A DNA stretch of 64,000 nucleotides from an uncultured Chloroflexia bacterium (GCA_963813535.1 CAWEZH010000002.1:1504001-1568000), one strand, 5' to 3'. Positions 1 to 10,962 are shown, counted from the first letter of the stretch. Numbers and translations are program-made. Notes: a model not told the origin generated them from the sequence alone.

Positions 1-834
1 ACGATCCGGGCGAACGTGCCGAGGTCGGTCGCCTGGACGGCGAGACGGCCATCGAGCAGGTCGACGCCGAAGACCGCCGGGTCGGTGAGCAACGCGGCAC
101 CCAGGGCCCGATCGTCCGAGGAGCGGATCGTGAACCGATGCGGTCGGTCGGTCATCAGTCGCCGGATCGACCGGAAGTCGCCCGACGCCGCGAGGCGGCC
201 GGCATAGACCACGAGCACGGCCTCGGCCAGCCGCTCGACCTCTTCGAGGATGTGGGACGAGAACAGGATCGCCCGACCCTCTGCGGCCATCTGCCGGAGC
301 AAGCTCCATCATGTGCAGCCGCTGGCGCGGGTCCATGCCGTTGAACGGCTCGTCGAGGAGGAGGATCCTCGGCTCGTGCACGAGCGCGGCGGCCAGCTTG
401 ATCCGCTGGCGCATCCCCTTGGAATAGGTCCGGATCGGCCGGTCTGCGGCGTCGGTCAGCTCGACCGTGCCGATCGCCCGTTCCGTGGCCGCGCCAGGGT
501 CGGCGATCCGTTGCAGGTCGGCGTTGACCCGTACGAACTCGCGACCCGTCAGGTAGCCCGGGACCGCCTCGCGTTCCGGCACCAGTCCGACCATCGAGTA
601 CACGGATGGATCGCCGAACGGCGGCCGGCCGCCGATGCGGACCGTCCCCGCCGACGGCGCCAGCAGACCGGCGAGGAGGTGGAGGAGCGTGCTCTTGCCC
701 GCGCCGTTGGGGCCCAGCAGACCGGTCACGCCGGCGCCCAGCGCGAACGACACGTCGTTGACCGCGACGACGTTGCCGAACCAGCGCGAGACGTGCTCGA
801 CCTGCATGGCCGGCACGGTCGGTGCGGCGGTCAC
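1..834 (-). CDS. ABC transporter ATP-binding protein (runs off window start; apparent 1-nt frameshift near 301)
   Basis: Manual minus-strand translation from the GTG at 834 gives VEHVSRWFGNVVAVNDVSF...GLLGPNGAGKST (Walker A) and later LLLDEPFNGMDP (Walker B). An extra base near 301 breaks RLHMMELLRQMAAEG. The start overlaps the permease stop (GTGA). Confidence 0.85.
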   Translation of the reverse strand, partial: MTAAPTVPAMQVEHVSRWFGNVVAVNDVSFALGAGVTGLLGPNGAGKSTLLHLLAGLLAPSAGTVRIGGRPPFGDPSVYSMVGLVPEREAVPGYLTGREFVRVNADLQRIADPGAATERAIGTVELTDAADRPIRTYSKGMRQRIKLAAALVHEPRILLLDEPFNGMDPRQRLHMMELAPADGRRGSGDPVLVPHPRRGRAAGRGRARGLCRPPRGVGRLPVDPATDDRPTASVHDPLLGRSGPGCRVAHRPGGLRRRPARWPSRRPGDRPRHVRPDR

Positions 835-1787
835 ACCGTCACCGTCAGATACCGCCGCACGATCAGGGCCAGCGAGACCACGATGTACACGATGGACGTG
901 ACCACGTAGACCCAGCCAGGCAGCCCGGCCTGGATGACGATCTCACTGCCGACCGCGACGACACCGAAGATCGCCGCGTTGAGCCCCTCGACGACGTCGC
1001 CCGGGCTGGCGAGGTGAAGGACTCGGGCCAGGTCGCCGACCGCAAGGTTGTCGATCACCGCCACGATGATCGGCGGCAGGATGAACGCGCCGATGATGGT
1101 CGCCGTGGCATACGCCCGGCGGGGGGTCGATGCCGCGATGACCGCCGCCACGCCGGCGAAGACGCCCGAGGCGAGGATCGATACCGCGAGGTAGCGCGGG
1201 ATCTCGGGCAGGTCGTCACGCAGCCCGGTGACCGGGTCGGCGGCCGCCAACACGCCACCGACCGACAGGACGAGCTGCGGCACGAGCGAGAAGATCAGGA
1301 CGGCCAGGAAGATCCCACCCGTCCGTGCGAGCGCGTAATCGATCCGGGTGAGGACCCTGGAGAAGTAGAGCGGCAGCACGCCATACCGCTGGTCGCGCCC
1401 GAGCAGCTCTGGCGCCTGGGCGGCACAGAACAGCATCACGAGCGTCGAGGTGAGGCTCTGGTACGTGTCGTGCCGGATCGGCATCCCCTCGTCGAGGGCA
1501 CCGGCCGCCCCGGCCTGGTTCGCCAGGGCCGTGATGCCGACGGCAAGCACGGCCGGCAGCGTGTTGAGGCCAAGCAGCAGGAAGGGGGCGATCTTGGCCC
1601 GGGCGCCACGGCCGATGCCGTACGCCCCCTGGAGCGTCTGGCGAAGCAGTCCGAGAAGGACGATAGGGCGCCCGTTGCGCGGCCCGTCGTAGCCGCGGTA
1701 GCCGAGGTCGTAGATGCTTCCCGTCGGGGCGCCAGGCGCCGTGCTCACCGGCGCGGCCTGTGCACCCGGCCCGGTCGGTGCCGTCAC
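831..1787 (-). CDS. ABC-2 type transporter permease
   Basis: About six hydrophobic segments, motifs IYDLGYRGYDGPR and LPLYFSR. Lies between two ABC ATPases with GTGA overlaps; start moved to the GTG at 1787. Confidence 0.85.
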   Translation of the reverse strand: MTAPTGPGAQAAPVSTAPGAPTGSIYDLGYRGYDGPRNGRPIVLLGLLRQTLQGAYGIGRGARAKIAPFLLLGLNTLPAVLAVGITALANQAGAAGALDEGMPIRHDTYQSLTSTLVMLFCAAQAPELLGRDQRYGVLPLYFSRVLTRIDYALARTGGIFLAVLIFSLVPQLVLSVGGVLAAADPVTGLRDDLPEIPRYLAVSILASGVFAGVAAVIAASTPRRAYATATIIGAFILPPIIVAVIDNLAVGDLARVLHLASPGDVVEGLNAAIFGVVAVGSEIVIQAGLPGWVYVVTSIVYIVVSLALIVRRYLTVTV

Positions 1788-2677
1788 TGGAAGAGCTCTT
1801 CGAGCCCGCGCCGGCGCTGCTCGATCCGGACCAGCGGCAGGCCGAGATCGGCGACCGTGTCGCGCACGAGGTCCCACGGGCGATCGTCGACGAGCTCGAT
1901 GAGGACCGTCCGGCCATCGGCTCGCGCGTCCAGGCCCGCCGCGACAAGCGCAGCGGCGAGCTCCGAAGCCCCTTCCTCGACGTCGACCGCGAGCGTCCCG
2001 GTCCGCTCGGTGAACGTCGTGAGCGCGGCGGCCCGGATGAGCCGGCCGGCATCGATCGCGACGAGGTGGTCGCAGACCCGCTCGATCTCGCCGAGGAGGT
2101 GGCTCGCGACGACGACCGCGATCCCGAACTCGGTACCTGTCCGCTTGACGAGTGCCAGCATCTCGTCGCGACCTGCCGGGTCGAGGCCGTTGGTCGGCTC
2201 GTCGAGGAGCAGGAGCCTCGGATCGTGGACGAGCGCCTGGGCGAGCTTGACCCGCTGCTTCATGCCGGTCGAATAGCCACCCATCTGCCGGTAGCGTTCC
2301 TCATACAGCCCGACGTGGCGGAGGACCTCCGCGGCCCGTTCACGGGCGGCGGCGCGGGGCAGACCGGACCAGCGCCCCATCTGCCCGACGAAATCAGCCG
2401 CGGTCAACTCCGGCGGGAGACAGTCGGATTCCGGCATATAGCCGACGAACCGGCGGAGCGTGGTCCCGTCGTGCCGGACGTCGTAGCCGAGGACCGTGGC
2501 GCTGCCGGATGTCGGCGGGAGCAGTCCGAGCAGGATGCGGATCAGCGTGCTCTTGCCCGCACCGTTCGCCCCGACGAGCCCGATGATCCCGGGTTCCAGC
2601 GCGACGGTGAGGTCGTCGAGGGCCGTGACGCCCCCCGGGTAGCGCTTGGTCAGGGACTGCGTTTCGATGAGCGGCAT
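1784..2677 (-). CDS. ABC transporter ATP-binding protein
   Basis: GANGAGKST Walker A, YSTGMKQR signature, LLLLDEPTNGLDP Walker B, SH switch. Confidence 0.95.
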   Translation of the reverse strand: MPLIETQSLTKRYPGGVTALDDLTVALEPGIIGLVGANGAGKSTLIRILLGLLPPTSGSATVLGYDVRHDGTTLRRFVGYMPESDCLPPELTAADFVGQMGRWSGLPRAAARERAAEVLRHVGLYEERYRQMGGYSTGMKQRVKLAQALVHDPRLLLLDEPTNGLDPAGRDEMLALVKRTGTEFGIAVVVASHLLGEIERVCDHLVAIDAGRLIRAAALTTFTERTGTLAVDVEEGASELAAALVAAGLDARADGRTVLIELVDDRPWDLVRDTVADLGLPLVRIEQRRRGLEELFQ

Positions 2678-2751
2678 CGGTCGAGAAGCCTAGCCGACGT
2701 GGTCGCGCCGGGTCGTCGGGTCGCGCCGGATCCCTGCGCCCCCAGCGACGG

Positions 2752-4812
2752 TCAGGCCGCCACCACCTGGTTGCGCCCGCCTCGCTTCGCCATCTGGAGG
2801 CCGACGTCGGCGACCTCGAGGAGCGCCTCCAGGGTGGCCACCGCGGGTCCCAACGACGCGCAGCCGGCGGAGACCGTCGCGCGCAGGGACTCGCCGTCCG
2901 CACCGGTGAGCCGCGTCGACTCCAGCTCGCGCCGGATCTCGTCGGCCACGCGGTGCGCCTCCTCAGCCGTCGCGCCGTCCAGGATCGCCACGAACTCCTC
3001 GCCGCCGAACCGGGCGACGATATCGCTCGAGCGAAGTCGACCCGACAGGATCGACCCGAAGCTGCGCAGCACGGCGTCGCCGACGGTGTGGCCGTGCTGC
3101 TTGTTGAACTCGCCGAACTTGTCGAGATCGAACAGGATGATCGCGATCGGACGGCGCTCGTCCAGCGCCAGGCGTCCGCGCGAAGCGAAGAGCCGAGCCG
3201 TCGACACCTCCAGGTGGCGGCGATTCCACAGACCTGTGAGCGGGTCGCGGATCGCCGCATCGGCGACCCGTGCGTGGAGGTCGACGTTGGCCAGCGCGAG
3301 CGTTACCTGCGAGCCGATCAGCGGCATCGCTTCGAGCTCGAGCGCCGAGAACGCCTGGGTGAGGTCGTGCCGGCTGAGTGAGATCGCCCCGACGACTTCG
3401 TCCTCGTCGAGCAGCGGGATCGAGGCCGTGACCAGGACGTCGGAGACCCGGGCGCCCTGCACCGTGGAGGGGAAGGAGCTGCGCGGGAATGCCTCGGACG
3501 ACACGATCCGGCGCTCCCGCATCGCCTTGCCGGCCATCCCCTCCCCGACGGGGATGCGCGCCCCGACATAGCGCGTATCGCCACCTCGGATGGCGACGAT
3601 GCGATCGTCGCCGGTCGCAGGATCGCGCAGGATCAGCGTGACGATGTCGGCCTGGAGCGCCTCCGACACCGACGCGACGATCGCGGCGTGCGCCGTTTCG
3701 AGGTCGAGGCTGGCGGTCACCGACGAGCCGAACGCAGCGAGTCGCGCGAACAGCACGGCGCGCTCACGGAGGGCCTCGCGCTCGCGCGCGAGGGCGAGTG
3801 CTACGGAGATCCTGTCGCCGACGACGACCATCGTGTCGAGATCGGCCTCGTCGAGCGGGGCTGCGTCCTGGCCGCTCTCCACGTTGAGGATGCCGATGAC
3901 CGTGTCCCCGGCCCGAAGGGGGACACTGACTTCGCTGCGCACGTCCGGGCGAGCTGCGCGGTACTCGGGGTCTCGCTCGACGTCGACCACGAGCTCCGCC
4001 TCCCCGGTCCGCATGACGCGACCGACGACACCGACGCTGCCATCGAACGTCTCGATGACTTCCTCGTAGCCGCGTTGCGCGCCGAGTCGCATCAGGTCCC
4101 CGTCGCGCATGTAGATCGATGGGTAGCGATAGCCGAATCGCTCGACCAACAGCTCGACGACCTCGTCGAGTGCGGCAGACGTCGGTCCGTCGGCCGCGAG
4201 GACCCGACCGACCGCCTCGACCGCGGCCATCTGCCGTGCCCGTCGGCGGGACTGCGCGCTGGCGGCCCGCGAGTGCGCCACGGCCCGCTCGAGCATCGAC
4301 ACCGTGCGTCGTGTGCCGACGGCGAGGACGACGGCGGTGGCGCCGAGCGCGATACCGCGTTGGACCAGCCCTGTCTGGACCGCGGGAGTCGCGAACGCCG
4401 GTATGAAGTACACGGCGAGCGCTGCCGAGACGATCGCTGCACCGACTGCGATGGCCTGACGGGTGCCGAGCGCCGCCGCCATCGCCACGATCGGGAGGAC
4501 AAGCGACGCCAGCGGCAGCGTCGTCGGCTCACCCGTCCCGACACTCATCCACAACACCGCGACCAGGGCGAACAGGAGCCTCGCGGTGTCCTCCGCTTCG
4601 GACCGACGCCGTTTCGCGCGGAGGCCCAGGGCGCACTGCGTCCCGAGATAGACGAGCGACGGCACGACGACGAGCAGGGTGTCGCCGCGCGACGCCCACT
4701 CGATGACGAGCGCAGCGAGGACCACGGCGAGTGCGAGCAGGACGTGCGGATCGGCCGCGAGCCGCTTCAGGCTGCGACGCCAGGACGCGCGCGCCCGGTG
4801 CGATCGGATCAC
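2752..4812 (-). CDS. Membrane-anchored GAF-GAF-GGDEF diguanylate cyclase
   Basis: N-terminal hydrophobic helices, two GAF-like regions (SEVSVPL..IGILNVES; ASIPLL..VGAISLSR), then RDPLTGLWNRR, DLDKFGEFN, RSSD I-site and GGEEF. Confidence 0.92.
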   Translation of the reverse strand: MIRSHRARASWRRSLKRLAADPHVLLALAVVLAALVIEWASRGDTLLVVVPSLVYLGTQCALGLRAKRRRSEAEDTARLLFALVAVLWMSVGTGEPTTLPLASLVLPIVAMAAALGTRQAIAVGAAIVSAALAVYFIPAFATPAVQTGLVQRGIALGATAVVLAVGTRRTVSMLERAVAHSRAASAQSRRRARQMAAVEAVGRVLAADGPTSAALDEVVELLVERFGYRYPSIYMRDGDLMRLGAQRGYEEVIETFDGSVGVVGRVMRTGEAELVVDVERDPEYRAARPDVRSEVSVPLRAGDTVIGILNVESGQDAAPLDEADLDTMVVVGDRISVALALAREREALRERAVLFARLAAFGSSVTASLDLETAHAAIVASVSEALQADIVTLILRDPATGDDRIVAIRGGDTRYVGARIPVGEGMAGKAMRERRIVSSEAFPRSSFPSTVQGARVSDVLVTASIPLLDEDEVVGAISLSRHDLTQAFSALELEAMPLIGSQVTLALANVDLHARVADAAIRDPLTGLWNRRHLEVSTARLFASRGRLALDERRPIAIILFDLDKFGEFNKQHGHTVGDAVLRSFGSILSGRLRSSDIVARFGGEEFVAILDGATAEEAHRVADEIRRELESTRLTGADGESLRATVSAGCASLGPAVATLEALLEVADVGLQMAKRGGRNQVVAA

Positions 4813-4899
4813 GACCCGACTGTGCTCCCCGAGGGGCCTAGCGTCGATAGGACCTTGGGGTGTGATGCCGATGCACCGACGGTCAGCCGTGCCGGAGGA

Positions 4900-6669
4900 T
4901 CAGCGCCAGGTGATCGTGCCGGCGGCGGCGTCGGCCGTGTCGAGGATGTCCCGTAGTTCGTAGCCCTCGTTCGGTTCGATCGCGATCACGATCAAGGCGT
5001 CGTCGGGCAGGTCGATCACGAGCACCCGGGTCGTCCGGTCAGGTTCCAGCTGGTACGTGCTGCCCTCGGTGGAGAACAGCGGGACCCGCTCGGGCCCGAT
5101 CGGCGCGAAGTCGCTCGACAGCCCCCGCCGCTTGTCGATCCTGACGTTCCGGGTATCGGTTGCGCCGACGCCGTCGGTCGCGATGAATGACTCCATCACG
5201 TCGCGCGGTCTCGAGCCGGGTTCGTCCGACTCGCCACCCGGATAGACCTCACGGAGCCCGCCGGCGAAGGTGACCGTGCCCTCGGGCCGGGTCAGCACCA
5301 CGATGTCCTCGCGGTGCGACGCGTTCGACCATCCCTCGCCGAGCTCGATCGCGAACCCCGGCTGGAACCGCGACGGCGCGTAGTTCCCGGCGCCGAGCCC
5401 GCACGGGATGTCGAAGAAGATCTCGCACAGGTCCGCGACTTCGCCGTCCGGTAGCGGCGTCAGTTCCGGCGTGGGATCCGGTGTGGGCTCTGGCGTCGGC
5501 GTGGGTTCGGGAGTCGGGGTCGGTGTCGGATCGGGCGTGGCCTCGATCGTCGGATCGGGGGTCGCGATGACGGCCTGGCTCGAGATCGGCGATGTCTCGG
5601 GCGAGAGGATCCCCGGGAGGGCGGCGACGGCCATGGCACCTGCGGCGATGCCCAGGAGGGCCAGCAGCGCCACGACGATGGCGGACGGGCCGGCGGCACC
5701 CCCACGGGGCTTGTCAGGGGGACGCGTGGCCGTCTTCCGTGGCCTGGCGCGAGCCGGCCGCGCCGCCTGCGTCGACCCGACGCTGCCTTCTCCTGACACC
5801 ACGGGCGTCGCGACGATCGTCGTCGGACTCGTGTCGTCGGCCGCCTGCAGAGCCGATTCGAGCGCGGACGCCATCGCGTTACCGTTCGCATATCGGTCCT
5901 CGGGCTCCGGGGCGAGGGCGCGTCGGACGACAGCGTCGACCTCGTCCGGGACCTCCGGGCGGATCGACTTCGGGGAGGGAGCGGCCGCGTCGATGCGCGC
6001 GAGCGCGATGGCATCGGTGGTGTCGCCACTGAAGGCGCGCGTTCCGGTCAGGGCCTCGAAGAGGACCAGCCCGAGGCCGTACACATCGGACGCGGGCGTC
6101 GTCGTCGCACCGCGGGCCTGCTCCGGACTGAAGTAGTGGACCGAGCCGAGGGTCGTGCCTGGCTTGGCCGCCTCGGCGTCGGCCGCGAGGCGCGCGATAC
6201 CGAAATCGGTGACCATCGCCCGTCCGTCCGAGGCGAGCAGGATGTTGCCGGGCTTCACGTCACGGTGGACGATCCCGCGGAGGTGCGCCACACCGAGCGC
6301 CCGGGCGACGTCGAGCCCGATGCGCACCGCCTGCACCGGAGCGAGCCGACCGCCGCGCTTGAGCCGCGCCGCGAGGTCCTCGCCGTCGACGAGGTCCATC
6401 ACGAGGTATGGCTGGTCCTGGTCAGTACCCGTGTCGAGGCAGGCCACGATGTTCGGGTGCCGCAGGACCGTCGCCGCGAGCGCCTCGCGCCGGAATCGGT
6501 CGGCGAGGTCGGCGTCACGGCCGACGTCGGGACGGAGCAGCTTCACGGCGACAGGACGTTCGAGTCGAAGGTCCATCGCCTCGTGGATCGTCGCCATGCC
6601 GCCCCGGCCGATGATCCGGCCGAGCTGGTAGCGGTCGCCGATGATCCGCGCTTTGCGTGGATCGGTCAC
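4900..6669 (-). CDS. Hanks-type Ser/Thr protein kinase with TM helix, Pro/Thr linker and extracellular domain
   Basis: GRGGMA, VAVK, HRDVKPGN, DFG, SPEQ and SDVYGLG motifs; one TM segment; PTPEPT repeats. No PASTA repeats seen. Confidence 0.95.
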   Translation of the reverse strand: MTDPRKARIIGDRYQLGRIIGRGGMATIHEAMDLRLERPVAVKLLRPDVGRDADLADRFRREALAATVLRHPNIVACLDTGTDQDQPYLVMDLVDGEDLAARLKRGGRLAPVQAVRIGLDVARALGVAHLRGIVHRDVKPGNILLASDGRAMVTDFGIARLAADAEAAKPGTTLGSVHYFSPEQARGATTTPASDVYGLGLVLFEALTGTRAFSGDTTDAIALARIDAAAPSPKSIRPEVPDEVDAVVRRALAPEPEDRYANGNAMASALESALQAADDTSPTTIVATPVVSGEGSVGSTQAARPARARPRKTATRPPDKPRGGAAGPSAIVVALLALLGIAAGAMAVAALPGILSPETSPISSQAVIATPDPTIEATPDPTPTPTPEPTPTPEPTPDPTPELTPLPDGEVADLCEIFFDIPCGLGAGNYAPSRFQPGFAIELGEGWSNASHREDIVVLTRPEGTVTFAGGLREVYPGGESDEPGSRPRDVMESFIATDGVGATDTRNVRIDKRRGLSSDFAPIGPERVPLFSTEGSTYQLEPDRTTRVLVIDLPDDALIVIAIEPNEGYELRDILDTADAAAGTITWR

Positions 6670-6703
6670 GGCCGGACGATAGCCGAGTCGGCATCAGTCG
6701 GCT

Positions 6704-7600
6704 TTGGGCTCGTATCCTCCCCGGACACATGCCGCGACCGGGGCGACCCTCCTGACCGCGATCATCGGCGGGTTCCTGGCGGCCGCCTGCTTCAGCGCGA
6801 CGATCCTCGCGTCGAGCCGCGCGTCGCGGATGATCGGCGCCTTGCCGACCCTCGCCGGGGTGATGCTGATCGGCTTGCTGCTGGCGCTGCCGATCGCGGC
6901 CCTGACGGTGGGTGAAACGCGCCCCACCGCCGCGATGATCCCGTACCTGGTCATCGCCGGCGTCGGGAACGTCGTCGGGCTGGGGTCGCAGTACGTGGCC
7001 GTGCGCTCGGGCAAGGTCGGACTCGTCGGGGCGCTCGCAGCCGCGGAGGGCGCCATCGCCGCCCTCCTCTCCGTCATCGCCGGCGAGCGACTTGGCCCTG
7101 CCGAAGCGGTCGGCGTGGCCGTGGTCGGGCTCGGCGTGATCCTCGCCTCGCTCGGACGCGATCCCGACGCCGCCGACGGACGATCCTCCGCTCGCGCGCT
7201 CATCTTCGGCGGGTTCGCCGGACTGGCGTTCGGCGCGAGTCTCTACGCGGCGGGCCGGATCGGCGCCGACCTCGCGCCGGGCTGGGCGATCCTGCCGCCG
7301 CGTCTGGTCGGCGTCGCCCTGATCACCCTCCCGCTCGCCGTCAGCGGGCGGTTCCGGATCAGCCGGGGTGCCCTGCCGTTCGTAGCCATCGCCGGCGCCG
7401 GCGAGGTCGGCGGCTTCCTGGCGGTGGCGTGGGGGGCACGCGAGAGCATCGCCGTCACGTCGGCACTCGCCGCGCAGTTCGCGACGGTCGCGGCGATCGT
7501 CGCGTGGCTCGTGCTCGGCGAACGACTCGGCCGCGTCCAATGGGTCGGCATCGCAGCGGTCGCGGTCGGCGTCGTGCTGCTGGCGTTGGGCGCGGCGTAG
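6704..7600 (+). CDS. EamA/DMT family transporter (start uncertain)
   Basis: About ten TM segments in two repeats, each ending GERLG. Confidence 0.8.
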   Translation: MGSYPPRTHAATGATLLTAIIGGFLAAACFSATILASSRASRMIGALPTLAGVMLIGLLLALPIAALTVGETRPTAAMIPYLVIAGVGNVVGLGSQYVAVRSGKVGLVGALAAAEGAIAALLSVIAGERLGPAEAVGVAVVGLGVILASLGRDPDAADGRSSARALIFGGFAGLAFGASLYAAGRIGADLAPGWAILPPRLVGVALITLPLAVSGRFRISRGALPFVAIAGAGEVGGFLAVAWGARESIAVTSALAAQFATVAAIVAWLVLGERLGRVQWVGIAAVAVGVVLLALGAA

Positions 7601-7626
7601 CGGCCCCCGCGGCCTAGACTCGACGC

Positions 7627-8168
7627 ATGACCGATTCCCCCGAGCCGGTCCCGCGCTCGACCGTCCTGCGCGCGCTTCGCCGGACCCGACAGGTCCGGCG
7701 CTTCACCGATGAGCCGGTCGCCGAGGACGACCTCCAGGCGACTCCTCGAGGTTGCACGCTGGACCGGCAGCTCCGAAAACAGCCAGCCATGGCAGTTCCT
7801 GGTGATCCGCGATCCGGGGGTGCGGCGGCGGATCGGCGAGCTGTCGAGCTACGCTCGGCACGTCGCCAGGGCGCCACTGGCGATCGCGATCGTGATGCCG
7901 GGCGAGGATGCCGAGAGCGAGGCGTACGACGAGGGTCGCGTCGCCGAACGGATCCTGATCGCCGCGGGGGCGATGGACCTCGGAGCCGGCATCGGCTGGG
8001 CCGAACGCCCTGAGCAGGCGGCCGTCGGCGAGCTGCTCGGCGTCACTGCCGCCGGCCTTCGTGCGGACGATCGTGTCGATCGGTCACCCGACCGAGGAGG
8101 CACGACGACCTCGGTCGGGCCCTGGAACCGGGCGTCGGCCGCTGGCAGAGCCCGTTCGGGAGCGTTGA
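7627..8168 (+). CDS. Nitroreductase family protein (apparent frameshifts near 7742 and 8047)
   Basis: RRTRQVRRFTDEPV joins LEVARWTGSSENSQPWQF and then VRTIVSIGHP after removing two single extra bases. Confidence 0.8.
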
Positions 8169-8208
8169 GGCGATCGATGGACGAGCCACGAGCATCGAGA
8201 GCGACAAC

Positions 8209-9612
8209 GTGACGGATGCGGCGCGGGCGATATCCGATGAGGATGACGCGCGGGTCATGCTGGTCGCCGTGCGCACATCGGTCGCCATGCTCGGCTCCGG
8301 CGCGCAGTCCGAGGACGTGGAGAGCGCGATCCGCACCATCGGCGCTGCATACGGCATCGCGGATGTGCAGGCGTCCGTCACGTTCTCCGGGATCTCTATC
8401 TCCTATCTCCCGAAAGGCCTCGACCATCCGACGACCGTCCTCCACATCGTCCGCGAGCGGAGGACTGATTTCGCCCGACTTGCAGGAGCCTGGGCGCTGG
8501 TTCGCCGGATCCGTGACGAGGGGCTCGGCCTGACCGAGGCCGAGGCGGCCCTCGATGAGCTGGAAGCGCAGACGTCGCCGTATGACCGGCTGGTGTCGTT
8601 CGTGGCGCCCGGGGTGTCGGCGGCAGGCTCGACGCTCGTGTTCGGCGGGAATGTCCTCGATGCTGTCGCCACCCTTGCGATCGCCTTCGCCGTGCAGCCG
8701 GCGCTCGCGGTCATCGACCGGTCGACCCTTCCACCGTTCTTCCGGCTCGTGTTCGGGGCGGGCGCCTCGACCCTTCTTGTCGCCCTGCTCGTTGCTGTCG
8801 GGCTGCCGATCGTCGGCGGCCTCGTCCTGACAGGTAGCCTGCTTCGGTTCCTGCCCGGCTACGCGCTCGTTTCGGGCTTCCGGGACCTGATCGACCAATC
8901 GATCATCTCGGGGACCGCTCGCCTCGCCGAGGCGCTGCTCCTGGGGGCGGGCGTCGCGGTCGGGACCGCGTTCGGGGTGGCGATCGCTGCGAGCTTCGAC
9001 GTCCAGCTTGCGATCGTGACCATCGGCCGGACGGATTGGGGGGTGATCGCGGCGGGCATCGCGGCCGCGATCGCCGTCGGCGCGTTCGCGATCCAACTCG
9101 GCGTGCCCGGTTTCGCCGTTCTTCAGGCCGCCGCATTGGGTTCGATCGCGTGGGTCGCATTCGCGGCCCTGGCAGACTTCGGGGCGCTCGTCGACCCCGT
9201 CGCCGCGACTCTGGTTGCGGCGATCGTCATCGGTATCGCGGGCCGGCTCCTGGCACGTCGGGCCCATGCGCCAGCCGCACTGTGGGTCGTCCCGTCGATC
9301 CTCCCGCTGTTGCCGGGCCTGCAGATCGTCCAGGCGATGTTGGCCGAGACGGATGCGGCGCGCGTTTCCGGGTTGATCGGTGCGGCAGCTACGGCGTTCC
9401 TGATCGGCACAGGCGTCGCGTCCGGTGACATCATCGTGACGACGCTCCGCGGCGTCAGGGAGCAGGTGGTCGCCCCAGCCGTCGAAGCGGTGACCGGCGG
9501 CGTCGAGGTGCTGATCGTCGCCCGAGTCGAGCGCGCAGTCGCGCACGCCCGCCGGAACCGACCATCGACTGGGCGCAAGTCGGCGATCGACGGATCCGAT
9601 GATCCCCGGTGA
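8209..9612 (+). CDS. Threonine/serine exporter ThrE family (fused two-part form)
   Basis: MLGSGAQSEDVE N-terminal region, FLPGYALVSGFRDL and ILPLLPG motifs, about ten TM segments. Confidence 0.8.
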   Translation: MTDAARAISDEDDARVMLVAVRTSVAMLGSGAQSEDVESAIRTIGAAYGIADVQASVTFSGISISYLPKGLDHPTTVLHIVRERRTDFARLAGAWALVRRIRDEGLGLTEAEAALDELEAQTSPYDRLVSFVAPGVSAAGSTLVFGGNVLDAVATLAIAFAVQPALAVIDRSTLPPFFRLVFGAGASTLLVALLVAVGLPIVGGLVLTGSLLRFLPGYALVSGFRDLIDQSIISGTARLAEALLLGAGVAVGTAFGVAIAASFDVQLAIVTIGRTDWGVIAAGIAAAIAVGAFAIQLGVPGFAVLQAAALGSIAWVAFAALADFGALVDPVAATLVAAIVIGIAGRLLARRAHAPAALWVVPSILPLLPGLQIVQAMLAETDAARVSGLIGAAATAFLIGTGVASGDIIVTTLRGVREQVVAPAVEAVTGGVEVLIVARVERAVAHARRNRPSTGRKSAIDGSDDPR

Positions 9613-9623
9613 CGCGCCGCGCC

Positions 9624-10934
9624 CTAGGCAGCCGCAGGCGCCTGAGCGCCACGCACCCGAGACCAGCCGACATCGAGGGCGATGCTGACGAGCAGGATGC
9701 CCACGAGGGCGATGATCGACGCCGGCTCCTCCAGTAGCGTCGTCAGGACGAACGTGACCAGCGCGACGGCAGCTGTGGCGATCGCGAGGAGCAGGATGCT
9801 GAGGCGGGCGCCGGTCTCCGACCGGATGCGCAGGTGCCCGGTCGTCACCATGACAAAGATCGCCAAGGCGACCGCGCTGCCGATGGACGCGATCGCCGAG
9901 AGGTCGAAGAAGACGACCGCGGCCACCACGAGGGTTGCCGCCACCAGCAGGCCGACCGACACTCGCCCGCCGAGCCGTGCCGCCATCACCGGTGGGAACT
10001 GGCCTGTCGACGCCAGGTGTTCGCACAATCCGGGCGCCGGAAACAAGCCGGCGTTGGTGGCGCCGGCGGTGGCAAAGAGCGCCGTCACCGTCATCAACCA
10101 GTAGCCGGCGTCACCGAGGACCGGCTGCGCCGCGACGGCGATCGCCGTCGGGCCGGAGGAGATGACCTCCGGGACGGTCAGCGTGCCAAAGACGCCCAGG
10201 GCGACCGCCACATACACGATGGTCGCGAGACCGATGGCGATCGTCATCGCCCGCGGTAGCTGATGCGACGGTTCTGCCAGATCCTTCGCGGTGAATGTCA
10301 CCACGCCGAACCCGAGAAAGGCGAAGAACGTCAACGCGACACTCGAGACGATCGTGCGTGTGTTCGGGTACCCCGCCGGGGCCAGGAGGGAAAGGTCGAT
10401 GTTCGCGATCGTCACCAAGGCGAAGAAGCCGAGGATGCCGACGACGACGAACACGAGAACGCTCTGCACGCGCGCAACGGACTTCGAGCCCGCGACGTTC
10501 AGAGCGGTCATGGCGACTGCAACGGCGACCGCGAATAGTTTGGTCCAGGTAGGGTCGTTGTCAGCGAATGCTGAGCTGGCGTAGCTGCCGAAGGACAGCG
10601 CCACCATCGCGGTCACGATGACGTTGACGAAGTAGGTCAACCAGGCGATCACTGTCGCGGCGTGGCCCGGACCGTAGCCGCGGTTGACGTATTCGAGCAG
10701 ACCACCCGCAGTCGGATATCGAGCACCGAGCTTGGCGAACGAATATCCCTGCAGTGCGGCGATGACGCCGGCTAGGACGAACGACAGCCAGACCGCCGCG
10801 CCGGCGACCTCACCTGCCGTCCCGAGGAGGGAAAAGATGCCGGCGCCGACCATGGCGCCGACGCCGATGAAGGCCGCTTGACGCGTGCTTAGGTGGCGCT
10901 CGGAGAGATCCCCCGCAGGACCTGATCCGGCCAT
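9624..10934 (-). CDS. APC family amino acid permease
   Basis: GVGAMVGAGIF, YPTAGG and FFAFLGF motifs; 12 TM pattern; GGAGG before the ATG at 10934. Confidence 0.9.
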   Translation of the reverse strand: MAGSGPAGDLSERHLSTRQAAFIGVGAMVGAGIFSLLGTAGEVAGAAVWLSFVLAGVIAALQGYSFAKLGARYPTAGGLLEYVNRGYGPGHAATVIAWLTYFVNVIVTAMVALSFGSYASSAFADNDPTWTKLFAVAVAVAMTALNVAGSKSVARVQSVLVFVVVGILGFFALVTIANIDLSLLAPAGYPNTRTIVSSVALTFFAFLGFGVVTFTAKDLAEPSHQLPRAMTIAIGLATIVYVAVALGVFGTLTVPEVISSGPTAIAVAAQPVLGDAGYWLMTVTALFATAGATNAGLFPAPGLCEHLASTGQFPPVMAARLGGRVSVGLLVAATLVVAAVVFFDLSAIASIGSAVALAIFVMVTTGHLRIRSETGARLSILLLAIATAAVALVTFVLTTLLEEPASIIALVGILLVSIALDVGWSRVRGAQAPAAA

Positions 10935-10962
10935 GCCTCCTTCTCCGGGGCGCGGTCGGCGA

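Noticed and set aside
5460-5560. Repeat element inside the kinase gene
   Set aside because: Ordinary Pro/Thr-rich linker coding sequence.
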